From an uncultured delta proteobacterium (GTDB taxonomy: Bacteria; Myxococcota_A; Polyangia; Fen-1088): a DNA stretch of 64,000 nucleotides. Positions 53,154 to 62,558 of the stretch are shown here, piece by piece. Where the stretch lies: contig CAVYGB010000010.1 in NCBI GenBank assembly GCA_963767925.1, positions 288,001 to 352,000 of the forward strand, written 5' to 3'. The position numbers and the translations under genes were made by a program. Under the pieces are notes generated by a model. It searched no databases. It had not been told where the DNA came from and saw nothing but the letters and a program-made list of their open reading frames with translations. Numbering within the stretch: position 1 is the stretch's first letter; the number at the start of each line of letters is the position of its first letter.

Positions 53154-54038
53154 CTAGCGACGCGTGGCGACCCGCTCGGCGAACGTGGCCAGCTCGGCGG
53201 CGCAGAGGGCCGGATCCTCCCAGTGAAACGCGTGTCCACCCCCCAGGTGAACCAGCAGACGCGAGCCGGCGATGGCGGCGGTGAAGGCGTCCTGATCGCT
53301 GCGAGGGCAAAACGCGTCCGCGTCACCCCACAGAATCAGGGTGGGCAGGTCGATGCGCGGGAGCTGGTCGGCGTGCTCACCCGCGACGAGCCCGGCGAGC
53401 ACGGCCTGCCAGACCCGCGCGGGCAGCTTCAGGCTCTCCTGCACCACCGCCGCGAGGTAGTCGGGCGGGATCGGCCTGGCCAGCGTGCTCTGCTGGAACT
53501 CCCGGGCAAACCCGGGATCTACCGGGTCGGTCAAGCCGGCTACCGCCGCCACCAGCTCGGCTGCGGGCGCGTTGCCCTCGAACCGGAAGAAGGATCCCAG
53601 CAGGGCGATCCCCAGGGCGCGCCCCGGATGGTCCAGGGCGAACCGCTGCGCGATGTGGCTGCCCATGGAGTGTCCGGCGACCACGGCCCGCTCGAGGCCC
53701 AGGGCATCGAGGAAGGCGGCCAGGTCCCCGGCGAGATCGCTCGGCGAGTAGCCGGTCGGGGGACGCTCGGAGTCTCCGTGACCGCGCTGGGACAGGGCGA
53801 AGGCGTGGATGGAGGGCGGCAGGTGCGGCAGCACCAGCTCGAACGAGCGCCAGGAGTCGGTGTACCCGTGCAGCAGCACCAGCGGAATGCCGGAGGGGTC
53901 TCCGCGCTCGGCGTACTGGAGCCGGACCCGTCCGGGAAGTTCGAGGCTCTTCAGGACGGCAGCCGGCCGGCGCCCGGCGGTGGCGACCGGTCGCCCGCTC
54001 CCGGTCCGGTCCTCGAGAGAGCTCGCGGTATCGTTCAT
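53154..54038 (-). CDS. Alpha/beta-fold hydrolase
   Basis: LVLLHGYTDS, RGHGDS, nucleophile elbow GHSMGS, LILWGDAD and GHAFHWE. Confidence 0.9.
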   Translation of the reverse strand: MNDTASSLEDRTGSGRPVATAGRRPAAVLKSLELPGRVRLQYAERGDPSGIPLVLLHGYTDSWRSFELVLPHLPPSIHAFALSQRGHGDSERPPTGYSPSDLAGDLAAFLDALGLERAVVAGHSMGSHIAQRFALDHPGRALGIALLGSFFRFEGNAPAAELVAAVAGLTDPVDPGFAREFQQSTLARPIPPDYLAAVVQESLKLPARVWQAVLAGLVAGEHADQLPRIDLPTLILWGDADAFCPRSDQDAFTAAIAGSRLLVHLGGGHAFHWEDPALCAAELATFAERVATRR

Positions 54039-54163
54039 CTGTACACACCCTTTCTGCGGCACGGCGCCGCCCTTTGCAGAAGAGGCGTGACCGCGGGAGT
54101 CACAGCGTGACCGGCCGGCGGGGGGCGCGCCGGCGCGCGCCGGGCCAGCGGCGTTGCCTCTCC

Positions 54164-54574
54164 TCAGGGGCCCGGGTCGACGACGGTCTCGATCTGGACG
54201 TCGGTCGTCGTCATCAGCTTGTGCACGGGGCAGGCGGAGACCGCCCGGGCGAGGGTGGTCCGCTGCTCGTCGCTGAGCGGCCCGTGAAACGCCAGGCGCA
54301 CCCGCAGCCGGTAGGTGCCGGCGCGCTCGTCGCTGTCGTCGCGCTCGACGTGGGACTCGACCCGCTCGAGCGGGATGCCCTTGCGCTTCGCGTACCACAT
54401 CGCGGTGACCGTCTTGCAGGCCGCCAGAGCCGCGTCGAAGTAGTCGTGCGCGCCGGGCGCCGAGTCCTCCCCGCCCGAAGCCACGCTGGCGTCGGTCCGC
54501 AGGGTGTGGGCCCGGATCCGCAGGACCTGGGGAAACCCGCCCGGCTGCTCCGTTTCGCAGTCGATGATGTTCAT
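54164..54574 (-). CDS. OsmC family protein
   Basis: GGEDSAPG..ALAAC and CPVHKLM; AAAAGGAGG RBS. Confidence 0.88.
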   Translation of the reverse strand: MNIIDCETEQPGGFPQVLRIRAHTLRTDASVASGGEDSAPGAHDYFDAALAACKTVTAMWYAKRKGIPLERVESHVERDDSDERAGTYRLRVRLAFHGPLSDEQRTTLARAVSACPVHKLMTTTDVQIETVVDPGP

Positions 54575-54769
54575 GCCTCCTTTTACTCCGGTCCCCTCGC
54601 CCGGGGGGGAGCGTGATCGGCGTGCTCCCCCGCTCGCCTGGAGGCCTACCAGCCCTCCTTCCTCCCGAAGTGGGTGGATCGAACGGAGACCTGACAGCCC
54701 TCCCGGTCCCCTCGCCCTCCGGGTCGGTCGCTTCCCGCCGGTCGCCCCGCGGCGGGCCCCGGCGCCCGC

Positions 54770-56596
54770 TCAGGGAAGGGCCGTCCGGCGGATCTCCTTC
54801 GTCACCTGGAACCGCGTGGCGGCGATCCAGGCGCCGTCGGGGGAGACCTGGGGATGCAGCAGGTTGGCGGCGTCGTCGGACAGGCGGCGGGGGCTGCCGC
54901 CCGCGCGCGGGATCGAGAAGAGCTGCAAGCGGCCCCCCGCGCGGGCGGCGTAGACCAGGGTCTCCCCGTCGGGGGACCAGTCCAGGCCGCCGTAGGTCTC
55001 GACGGGGTGCTCGGTGAGGCGCTCGCCGGTCGATCCATCGGCCGCGATTCGCCAGAGCGCGTGCCGATCTCCTGGCAACTTCTCCTCGAGCGCGATCTCG
55101 CCGCCGCCCGGCGACCAGGCGAGCCACTCGGCGTTTGCGATGGGGGCGGGCAAGGGAAGGCGGGCGGGGCCGCTGGGCAGCCCCGTCTGCGGGTCGATTG
55201 TCACGATCCAGGGGAGCCCCGCGAAGACCGTCCCGCCGCGCTCCCAGGAGGAGAAGACCAGCCGCCGCCCGTCGGGCGCCCAGTCGGCCATCCCCACCTC
55301 GAGGCCGAAGTCGGTCAGACGGATCTCCGGGCCGCCGGGGGTGGCTGCGCGCAGGTAGACGTCGTCGGTGCTCCCCGGGCTGTAGTAGCTGGCCACCGGG
55401 GTGGCCGAGCGGTGCGAGTGGTAGGCCAGCCACTTGCCGTCGGGCGACCAGACGGGGGTGAAGTCCTCGTGGTAGCCGGTGACGATCGGACGCGGCGGCG
55501 ACACCGGCCGGGCGTCGCCGTCGACGTCGATGACGGCGGCGTCGAGGTTGAGGGCCCAGTCGGCGATGCGCCAGCCCCCGTAGGTGAAGGCGATCTGGCG
55601 CCCGCCGGGCGCCCAGGAGGGCAACTCGCCCCGCTCGGCAACCAGCCGCGCCGGCCCACCCGCGGCGGGGATGACCACCACCGACTCGTGGATGTCGTTG
55701 CGGGTGAAGTGGAGCTGCCCCCCGGCCACCACCGGCCCGAAGTCGTCTCCCGGTCCCTGCACGATCGGGCGGCGGTCGCCGCTCGCCAGGTCGATCTCGT
55801 AGATGTCGAGATCCCGGTCGGCGTCGGGCTGGTGGCGGGCGACCCCGGGTGGCCGATCGCTCGCGCTGGCCAGGGCGAGGTACACCCGCTGCCCGTCGGG
55901 CGAGGTGCTCAACCTGGCGTCGAAGGGCTCGGCGTCCAGCCCCTCGACCACCGGCTGCAGCTCCGCCGATCCGTCCGCCAGCCGCAGCAGAGTGGACAGC
56001 CCCCGGGTGTCGTCCCAGACCGTCAGGTACAGGGCCTGGCCATCCCCGGACCAGGTCAGGCCGGTGATGCGGCCGGTGACGTCGTGGCGGGCGGGGCTGT
56101 CCAGCGGCCCCACGAACAGGGCGGCGACGCCCTGGCGGCGAAAGGCGACCCGATCGCCCCCGGGCGACCACTGCGGGCTGGCGTCGGCGGGGAGGCTCAC
56201 CAGCCGGAGGGCGCCGCCCTCGTCGACGAACCAGCCGCGCTGCTCGCCCAGGCGTCCGAGGCGCACGAGGTCGGACTCGCCCCGGAAGACCGCACGCGAG
56301 ACCTCATCCAGGCCGGCCAGGAGGCGCGCCCGGTCCTCCTGACCGGTCTGCAGATCGATCAGCTTCGGATGGCCCGCCCGGCCGAGGAGCGCCCACCGTC
56401 CATCCCGGGAGATCTGGGCCGAGGTCCCGATGTCCTCGAACCAGGTCGCGGGGCGATCGACATACAGGCGCTCCTTCCGCGGGCCCCCGCAGGCGCCCCG
56501 ATCGAACGCCAGCGTCGCCAGCACCAGAACGCCGAGACCGAGGGGGCCGATCAGCCGGCCCGCCGAGCGGGGAAGGTGGTTCGTCATGTTCGTCAT
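54770..56596 (-). CDS. Secreted TolB/PD40-type beta-propeller protein
   Basis: Signal peptide and repeated WSPDG/WAPDG blades. Confidence 0.82.
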   Translation of the reverse strand: MTNMTNHLPRSAGRLIGPLGLGVLVLATLAFDRGACGGPRKERLYVDRPATWFEDIGTSAQISRDGRWALLGRAGHPKLIDLQTGQEDRARLLAGLDEVSRAVFRGESDLVRLGRLGEQRGWFVDEGGALRLVSLPADASPQWSPGGDRVAFRRQGVAALFVGPLDSPARHDVTGRITGLTWSGDGQALYLTVWDDTRGLSTLLRLADGSAELQPVVEGLDAEPFDARLSTSPDGQRVYLALASASDRPPGVARHQPDADRDLDIYEIDLASGDRRPIVQGPGDDFGPVVAGGQLHFTRNDIHESVVVIPAAGGPARLVAERGELPSWAPGGRQIAFTYGGWRIADWALNLDAAVIDVDGDARPVSPPRPIVTGYHEDFTPVWSPDGKWLAYHSHRSATPVASYYSPGSTDDVYLRAATPGGPEIRLTDFGLEVGMADWAPDGRRLVFSSWERGGTVFAGLPWIVTIDPQTGLPSGPARLPLPAPIANAEWLAWSPGGGEIALEEKLPGDRHALWRIAADGSTGERLTEHPVETYGGLDWSPDGETLVYAARAGGRLQLFSIPRAGGSPRRLSDDAANLLHPQVSPDGAWIAATRFQVTKEIRRTALP

Positions 56597-57175
56597 GCTG
56601 GATGCGCCTCCTGATCACGGGATCAACGAACCGGCCCCCCGATCTGACAAAGAGTGGTCGCCGCCGGTCCATCAATGCAGAACCTCCCGGAGGCCCGAGC
56701 CCCCATCCCGGCCATCGCCGCCCTGATCGAGCCGACGGTGGTGGGGCTCGACCGGAGTCCCGGGAGGACCGCTGACGCGGCGACGACGGTCACCCGCTGC
56801 CGCCCGTGGCGAGCAGCAGGCGGTCGACCCCGATCGCCCAGCCGATCCCCTCGGCGTAACGGCCGCCTCCGGCGATCTGCTTGCCCGTCCCCAGCCCGGG
56901 CGCCGTCGCCTCGAAGCCCTCCTCCACGTAATACCCGAGCCCACGCGCGACCCGGGCGTCGAAGCGAATAGCGCAGGGTTGGAAACAGGGAGTCGGGAGT
57001 TTCGGACCGGGCAGCGGAGCCTGCTGGTTTCTCCGGATGACCGCCTCGCCGGCGCCGGGAGGTTCCCGGATCAGGGGCGTGGGTCTTCAGGTTTTGCCGA
57101 GGCACCGCTCAAGAGCCGGGCACAATGGGCCGAATATCGGCTCACGAGCACGCAAAGGGCGCTTCGAGCTGAAAG

Positions 57176-57778
57176 ATGTCACCCCAACCAACGCTCCGCT
57201 CGGTCTGTCGCGTGGCGATCGTCACCGCGGCCCTGGGATCCATGTCGGCCGGCGCGCAGCCGCCGGTCCCGGCGGATGGGTGGGCGCAGGTCGAAGGGAT
57301 GGTGCACCTCAAGATCCTCTCGTACGACCGCAACGCCCGGGCACGTCCCCGGGGCAAGATCTCGATCGGCGTCCTCTACCTGCCCGGTGACGGGACCTCG
57401 GAGAAGGCGCGGGCGGAGATGGTGGCGGCGTTCCGCGCGCTGGCGGCCAAGATGACCGTGCTGGGGATCGTCCCCACCGTCGTAGCGATCGCCTTCGAAG
57501 CCAGCCGCTGGCCGGCCCCGCTCGAGGCGCAGGGGATCACCGTCCTGTATCTGACGCCCGGTCTCGGGGACCAGGCGGCGGCCATCACGTCGGCCGCGGA
57601 GCGCCTCCGGATCCCGACGCTCACCCGCGATCGCAACGTCGTCCTCCGGGGCGGCGCCATGGCCAGCGTGAGCGAAAACGGCAACCGGGCCGCCATCACC
57701 ATCAACCTGCGCGAGGCGCGGGCCGTGGGGGTCGACTTCGAGATGGCCCTGCTCCGGATGGCCGAGGTGGTCCGCTGA
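57176..57778 (+). CDS. YfiR/HmsC (DUF4154)-like periplasmic protein
   Basis: Signal peptide, LKILSYDRN and C-terminal ITINLREARAVGVDF..ALLRMAEVV. Confidence 0.75.
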   Translation: MSPQPTLRSVCRVAIVTAALGSMSAGAQPPVPADGWAQVEGMVHLKILSYDRNARARPRGKISIGVLYLPGDGTSEKARAEMVAAFRALAAKMTVLGIVPTVVAIAFEASRWPAPLEAQGITVLYLTPGLGDQAAAITSAAERLRIPTLTRDRNVVLRGGAMASVSENGNRAAITINLREARAVGVDFEMALLRMAEVVR

Positions 57779-57803
57779 GTGGATCCCCGACGACCGGTCG
57801 ACT

Positions 57804-57851
57804 GAATCGACGAATCGACGAATCGACGAATCGACGAATCGACGAATCGAC
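57804..57851. repeat. Octamer tandem repeat (GAATCGAC)x6
   Basis: Read directly; intergenic, 23 nt upstream of the next ATG. Confidence 0.95.
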
Positions 57852-57874
57852 AACGAAGGATTTTCGAGTCGGAC

Positions 57875-59119
57875 ATGACAACACACCGCTGGCCTCGCGT
57901 CCTTGACACCCTGCTGTTCCTGCTGGCTGCACAGGTGGCCCTTTCGGCCACCTCCGCCTACGCCCAGGACGCCGAGCCCGCTGCCCCTCCGGCGCCGGCC
58001 CCCGAGCCGCCAGCGCCCCGCAAGTCCATCGATCTCGAGCGCGTCCAGATCGACCACCTGCTGGAGGAGGTCCATTCGGCCGACGCCAGGCTCGTTCAGG
58101 CCGGCGAGGCGGGGGGCCTGGCGGCCCAGCTCGCCGGAAGCGGGGCCCGCACCTACGTCCGCCTGCTGGCGGCGTTCTCGGCCCGGGTGGCGACCGAGGG
58201 CGGGGAGCTGGAGGAGGAGCATCCCGTCCTCCTGGGCGTGGACGAGTTCGAGATCCTCGTGGGCGCCGACGTCTTCGGCATCCTGACCGGGGAGCTCCGC
58301 CTCGACGCCGAGCCGGAGGGTCTCGAGCTGGAGGTGGCGCAGATAGATGCCAGGCTCGGCAAGGCGCTCTTGGTGCGGGGCGGCCTGTTCGCTTTGCCCG
58401 TGGGTGCGGTGAACGAGTACCTCTACCCCGAGCACACCGCCCTCGTCCCGCGGGTCGGCATCTCCCGGGTCTTCGGGGCCATCGTGCCGGTCGAGTGGCG
58501 GGGCGCCGGCCTCCAGGTGCGCGGGCGTTTCACCGGGTCCGGTGGCCACGCTCTGAGCTACGCGGCCTACCTGACCAGTCGGCTGTTGGTCGACGACGAG
58601 CTGCTGGAGCTGTCGACCGAGGGCGATATGCCCCCGGATCCCGCGGCCCCCGAGGACGAGGAGGAACCCAGCTACGCCTTCGGCGGCCAGGTGGGCTACT
58701 CGTTCGAGGACCAGCTTCATCTCGGCCTCTCCGCCATCAACGGCCCGCACCGGCTGTACGCCAACGAGCGCGCCACGGTGATCGACCTGCACGGCCAGCT
58801 TCACCTGGGACGGCTCGAGCTGCGCAGCGAAAACGCGGCCCTGGTCCTGGAGGACGGCACGTCCTGGGGCGTGAGCGCGTCGGCCGGGTACCTCCTGCGT
58901 CCCTGGCTGCAGCCGGCGCTCGGCTTCGAGATCTACGACGCCGATCAGAGCGTGGTTGGCGAGGGCACCCTGCTGCTGCAGTCCCTCAACTTCCGTCCGC
59001 TGGGCGAGCGCTACGCGCGGTTCATCGTGCGGGCCGCGACCTGGCAGCGCTTCGAGCGCGCGGCCAACGGCAACACGAAGGATTTCGGCGGCCTCCTGCA
59101 GATGGCGGCCGGCTTCTGA
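57875..59119 (+). CDS. Putative outer-membrane beta-barrel/porin
   Basis: Signal peptide (AYA-Q), amphipathic strands, VRGGLFALPVG and a C-terminal Phe. Confidence 0.7.
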   Translation: MTTHRWPRVLDTLLFLLAAQVALSATSAYAQDAEPAAPPAPAPEPPAPRKSIDLERVQIDHLLEEVHSADARLVQAGEAGGLAAQLAGSGARTYVRLLAAFSARVATEGGELEEEHPVLLGVDEFEILVGADVFGILTGELRLDAEPEGLELEVAQIDARLGKALLVRGGLFALPVGAVNEYLYPEHTALVPRVGISRVFGAIVPVEWRGAGLQVRGRFTGSGGHALSYAAYLTSRLLVDDELLELSTEGDMPPDPAAPEDEEEPSYAFGGQVGYSFEDQLHLGLSAINGPHRLYANERATVIDLHGQLHLGRLELRSENAALVLEDGTSWGVSASAGYLLRPWLQPALGFEIYDADQSVVGEGTLLLQSLNFRPLGERYARFIVRAATWQRFERAANGNTKDFGGLLQMAAGF

Positions 59120-59272
59120 ACGCCTGGACGGGGCCAACCCCGGCCCCGACCAGATACGCGCGCCGGTGCCCACAGGGCGGCGCTCTCACGGCAAGGAGGG
59201 CGTGCCGGTGGGGGAGCGCGGGATTAAAGACCGCGCTCGTTACCCTCGATACGAACCCGGGGGGGGCCGCGG

Positions 59273-60568
59273 ATGTCGGGGAGGTGGGTGGGGTCCGTGA
59301 TCGCGCTGGCGATCTCGGCCGGGGACGGGGTGGCCTGGGGGCAGTCGCTGGCGGTGCGCCTGGATCACTCGGGTGAAGGGTGCGTCGCGCAGGGGTGGCG
59401 GTGGGACCTGGCCAGCAGGACCTGCACGATGACGGGCGATCTGGTCCGCAAGCAGCTCGTCCTCGCGGACGATGGCATCACCCTGGACTGTGCCGGGCGG
59501 CGGATCTGCTGGCCGCTTCCGGGCGGGGACTGCAGCGGGCCGGTCAACACGAGCTTCGGGGGTGACTTCCCGGAGAGTCGCCACGGGATCCTGGCGGTCG
59601 GGCACAGCGACATCGCGATCGTCGGCTGCGAGGTGATCGGCTTTCAGGACGCGAGCCTGGCGATCCACGGCGCGGGCGGCGCGGACGTGACCGGCATCCG
59701 CGTGAGGGGGTTCCGGGCCCGGGGCGGCTCGTACCACTACAACTCCGATCCCCTGAGCAACGGCCGCACGAAGGTCCCCGCGGACGGGCTGAACCTGAAG
59801 GACGTGCGCGCCAGCGTCTTCCAGGACATCGAGGTCTCGGGCTGGTCGGACCGCGCCGTCCACGTCACCGGCAACTACCGGCACAACGTGATGCGGAACC
59901 TCTGGCTGCACGACGGCCTCGACACCGGGGTGGCGGTGTTCAGCGACGTCAGCGGCGGCGTCGCCCACGACAACCTCTACGACACCCTCACCCACGAGTG
60001 GGCGGTGGACCGCGACCTGCAGGGGGTCGCCTTCACCATCAACGACGGCACCCGCAGCGTGCTCCGCCGCCTGCGCGCCTACCCCAAGTCGGGGCCGGGC
60101 ATCCGCTACTTCACCGGGCTGAGTGTCCGGGGCGACCACATCACCATCGTGGACTCCGAGTTCGTCGACCCGCAGCTCGTCGGCATCTCCCTGGCCTCCC
60201 CCGCCACCAACGTCACCGTGATCGGCAACCGCGTCCTGGGGGGCGGCGGCGGCATCTTCCTGCCCCGCCTGGGCCCGGCGCTCCTGCTGGGAAACCGCTT
60301 CTGCACCGATTTTCCGGCGGTCTTCGGCGCGGGGATGGTGATGTCCGACGTCGTCCGCATCCCACCGCCCGCCCCGGCCCTCGCCGCCCCCGTTGTCGGG
60401 ATCGGCAACACCTGCCGCACGACCACCGCCTGCACGTTCGAGCCCCCGGCGACCTACACCTGCACCGCCAACCCCGGCACCGCCGCCTACCGGGACCTCC
60501 AGACACCCGGAAATCCCTGCACCTTCACCTGCCCGGCCAGGCCCGCGGACGGGAGCCCCGAGCGCTAG
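59273..60568 (+). CDS. Secreted right-handed beta-helix repeat protein
   Basis: Signal peptide, DGITLDCAG, repeating short strands (DIAIVGCEVIGF, HITIVDSEF, NVTVIGNRV) and a Cys-rich tail. Confidence 0.65.
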   Translation: MSGRWVGSVIALAISAGDGVAWGQSLAVRLDHSGEGCVAQGWRWDLASRTCTMTGDLVRKQLVLADDGITLDCAGRRICWPLPGGDCSGPVNTSFGGDFPESRHGILAVGHSDIAIVGCEVIGFQDASLAIHGAGGADVTGIRVRGFRARGGSYHYNSDPLSNGRTKVPADGLNLKDVRASVFQDIEVSGWSDRAVHVTGNYRHNVMRNLWLHDGLDTGVAVFSDVSGGVAHDNLYDTLTHEWAVDRDLQGVAFTINDGTRSVLRRLRAYPKSGPGIRYFTGLSVRGDHITIVDSEFVDPQLVGISLASPATNVTVIGNRVLGGGGGIFLPRLGPALLLGNRFCTDFPAVFGAGMVMSDVVRIPPPAPALAAPVVGIGNTCRTTTACTFEPPATYTCTANPGTAAYRDLQTPGNPCTFTCPARPADGSPER

Positions 60569-60627
60569 ACGCGCGCCTTCGAGGCGGCGAGTCGCGGTGG
60601 CCGAGGCGGCCTGCCGCCAACCGTCCG

Positions 60628-60790
60628 CAAGTCCCCTGGAACAGGGAAGTCTTGCATATGTCGGCGAGGCATCTTCGTTCCTGGCAAGGCGCGAGGATGG
60701 CGAATACCTGGCGTATTTACCGACGAGCAAGGCAGCCAGGGACGAAGAGGACCGGCGACATATGCAGGACTTCCCTGTTCCAGGGACTAG
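60628..60790. mobile_element. Full-length ~163-bp MITE-like element with long imperfect terminal inverted repeats
   Basis: Left arm AGTCCCCTGGAACAGGGAAGTCTTGCATATGTCG and right arm CGACATATGCAGGACTTCCCTGTTCCAGGGACTAG. Pairing extends inward (TCTTCGTTCCTGGC/GCCAGGGACGAAGA). Confidence 0.8.
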
Positions 60791-60819
60791 ACCCAATGTG
60801 GTTCGGTTAGCTCTGTGAA

Positions 60820-60941
60820 CCCTCTCCCCGCGGTCCGCCGTGGGGAGAGGGCAGGGTGAGGGGCGGTTGCCAGGCCGGAGGCCCCTCACCCGTCGCGCAG
60901 ACGCGCCGACCTCTCCCCACGGCAGACCGCGGGGAGAGGTG
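60820..60941. repeat. Inverted pair of REP-like palindromes
   Basis: CCTCTCCCC...GGGGAGAGG hairpins x2, linked by GGGTGAGGGG/CCCCTCACCC. Confidence 0.7.
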
Positions 60942-60998
60942 ATTTCGCCCCGCCCATTGCGGGGGTGAACCCTCCGCCCAACCCCCACGGCATTGCCG

Positions 60999-62252
60999 CT
61001 AATCGGGGATCAAACGCTGGTGGGCGGCGCGGAGGAGGGGGGCCAGGCGGGTGGCCCAGGTGGCCTGGGCGGGCTCGTCGGCGATCAGGTCCTGGCGCAG
61101 CTCGAGCTCGACGTGGAGGAGGCCGCGGCGTTCGCCGTGCTCGACAATGGAGTAGTCGGTGGCGTCGCTGGCGGCGTAGGGCTCGTTGTCGCCGACCACC
61201 AGGTCGGGCTGCTGTCGCAGCAGGTCCAGCAGCAGGTGGGCCAGGCGGGTGTCGCGCAGGTGCAGGACCCCCACCTGCCAGATGCGGGTCCGGCCGTCGC
61301 CGAGGGCGGGGGTGAAGCTGTGCAAGGAGACCAGCACGGTGGTCCGCCCCGCCCGGAGCCGCTGGTCGAGCTCGGCGCGGATCCGGTCGTGGTAGGGGTG
61401 AAAGATCTCGCGCGCCCGGCGCTCGGCCTCGGCGGCGGAGATCCCCTGGTTGCCCGGGATCACCGTGCCATCGCTGGTGGCGAGGATCGACTCGGGCGTC
61501 CCCGGTGGGCGGTTGGCGTCGATGGCGAGCCGCGAGTAGGTCTGCAAGATGGCGACGGCGTCGAGCTGATCGGCGAGCCGGCGGGCCACGCCCGCCACCC
61601 CGAGGTCCCAGGCGATGTGGCGGTCGAGATCCCGCTCCGAGAGCCCCAGCGTGCCGAGGCGGGCGGGCAGCCGGCGCCCGGCGTGGTCACAGGTGATGAG
61701 GAAAGGCGACTTGCCCGCCGGGCGCTCCACCCGGAAGGGGGGCGGGTCGCCGACCGGGGCCCCGGCGTTGCCCGCGTCCTCGCTCGCGCCGCCGTCCCCG
61801 CCGCTGGCCCGCCCGTCGGGGGCAAGGCCTTCCGCCGGGGCCGGCGGGAGGTCGGGCAGGCGCCGGGGGCGGCCCCAGACCAGCCGGCCCTCCATGAACA
61901 CGGCGGTGACCATCGCCGGCTCGAGGGTCATGCGCCGGCGGCGCTCCGGGGAGAGCTGGTGCTCGGGGTGCAGCTCCCGCACCCGGCGGAAGCAGAGCTG
62001 ACCGTTCTCGATACCGACGAAGCGCATGCCGCCGAAGCCAACCCGGGCCGCGCCGGCCGCGTCCTCCGCCAGCACGATCTGATCGGTCGGCAGCGGCACC
62101 CGGCGCCCCCCGGCGAAGGTCACGAAGGTGCCGGGCGGGCCGTTGCCCACCACGGGCAGCCCGGGCACGAAGGCCGGCTCCCGCTGGACGCGACTGCCCG
62201 GCACCAGCTCGACCAGGCAATAGGGGAGCGGTGGCTGGTCGTCGGTCGTCAT
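60999..62252 (-). CDS. N-formylglutamate amidohydrolase fused to an unknown N-terminal domain
   Basis: ITCDHAG, HIAWDLG, YSRLAIDANR, PYH, SLHSFTP, GDNEPY and ELRQDLI. A ~120-aa extra domain precedes a Pro/Gly/Ala linker. Confidence 0.85.
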   Translation of the reverse strand: MTTDDQPPLPYCLVELVPGSRVQREPAFVPGLPVVGNGPPGTFVTFAGGRRVPLPTDQIVLAEDAAGAARVGFGGMRFVGIENGQLCFRRVRELHPEHQLSPERRRRMTLEPAMVTAVFMEGRLVWGRPRRLPDLPPAPAEGLAPDGRASGGDGGASEDAGNAGAPVGDPPPFRVERPAGKSPFLITCDHAGRRLPARLGTLGLSERDLDRHIAWDLGVAGVARRLADQLDAVAILQTYSRLAIDANRPPGTPESILATSDGTVIPGNQGISAAEAERRAREIFHPYHDRIRAELDQRLRAGRTTVLVSLHSFTPALGDGRTRIWQVGVLHLRDTRLAHLLLDLLRQQPDLVVGDNEPYAASDATDYSIVEHGERRGLLHVELELRQDLIADEPAQATWATRLAPLLRAAHQRLIPD

Positions 62253-62558
62253 GGGCCTGCCCGCGCAGCCTAGCGCACCCGCCGCCCGGCCGTCGGAGTC
62301 AGCGCGATGCAGCCCCTACGGGCACCCTTGACCGGCGGCCGAAGATCGCCTGTACTTGGAGGGCTCGCGCGCTGCTCGCGCGAAGCCCGGGAGGTCAGCC
62401 CATGCCTGATCCGACAGGGCAAAGGGGAGTCCTCTCCTCGAGCAGCGTGACAGTCGTCCGTCTTCCTCTATCCGCGCCGCGCGGGGTGCATGGGCCCGAA
62501 CGCGCGACGCTCGGAGGGAAGCCATGACTGTGAAACGCGACCTGAAGAAGGTGGCCCC

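Noticed and set aside
59160..59250. Hairpin GAGCGCGG-N9-CCGCGCTC and its upstream sequence as a riboswitch
   Set aside because: It is a single 8-bp stem and I could not match it to a known aptamer consensus; insufficient evidence.
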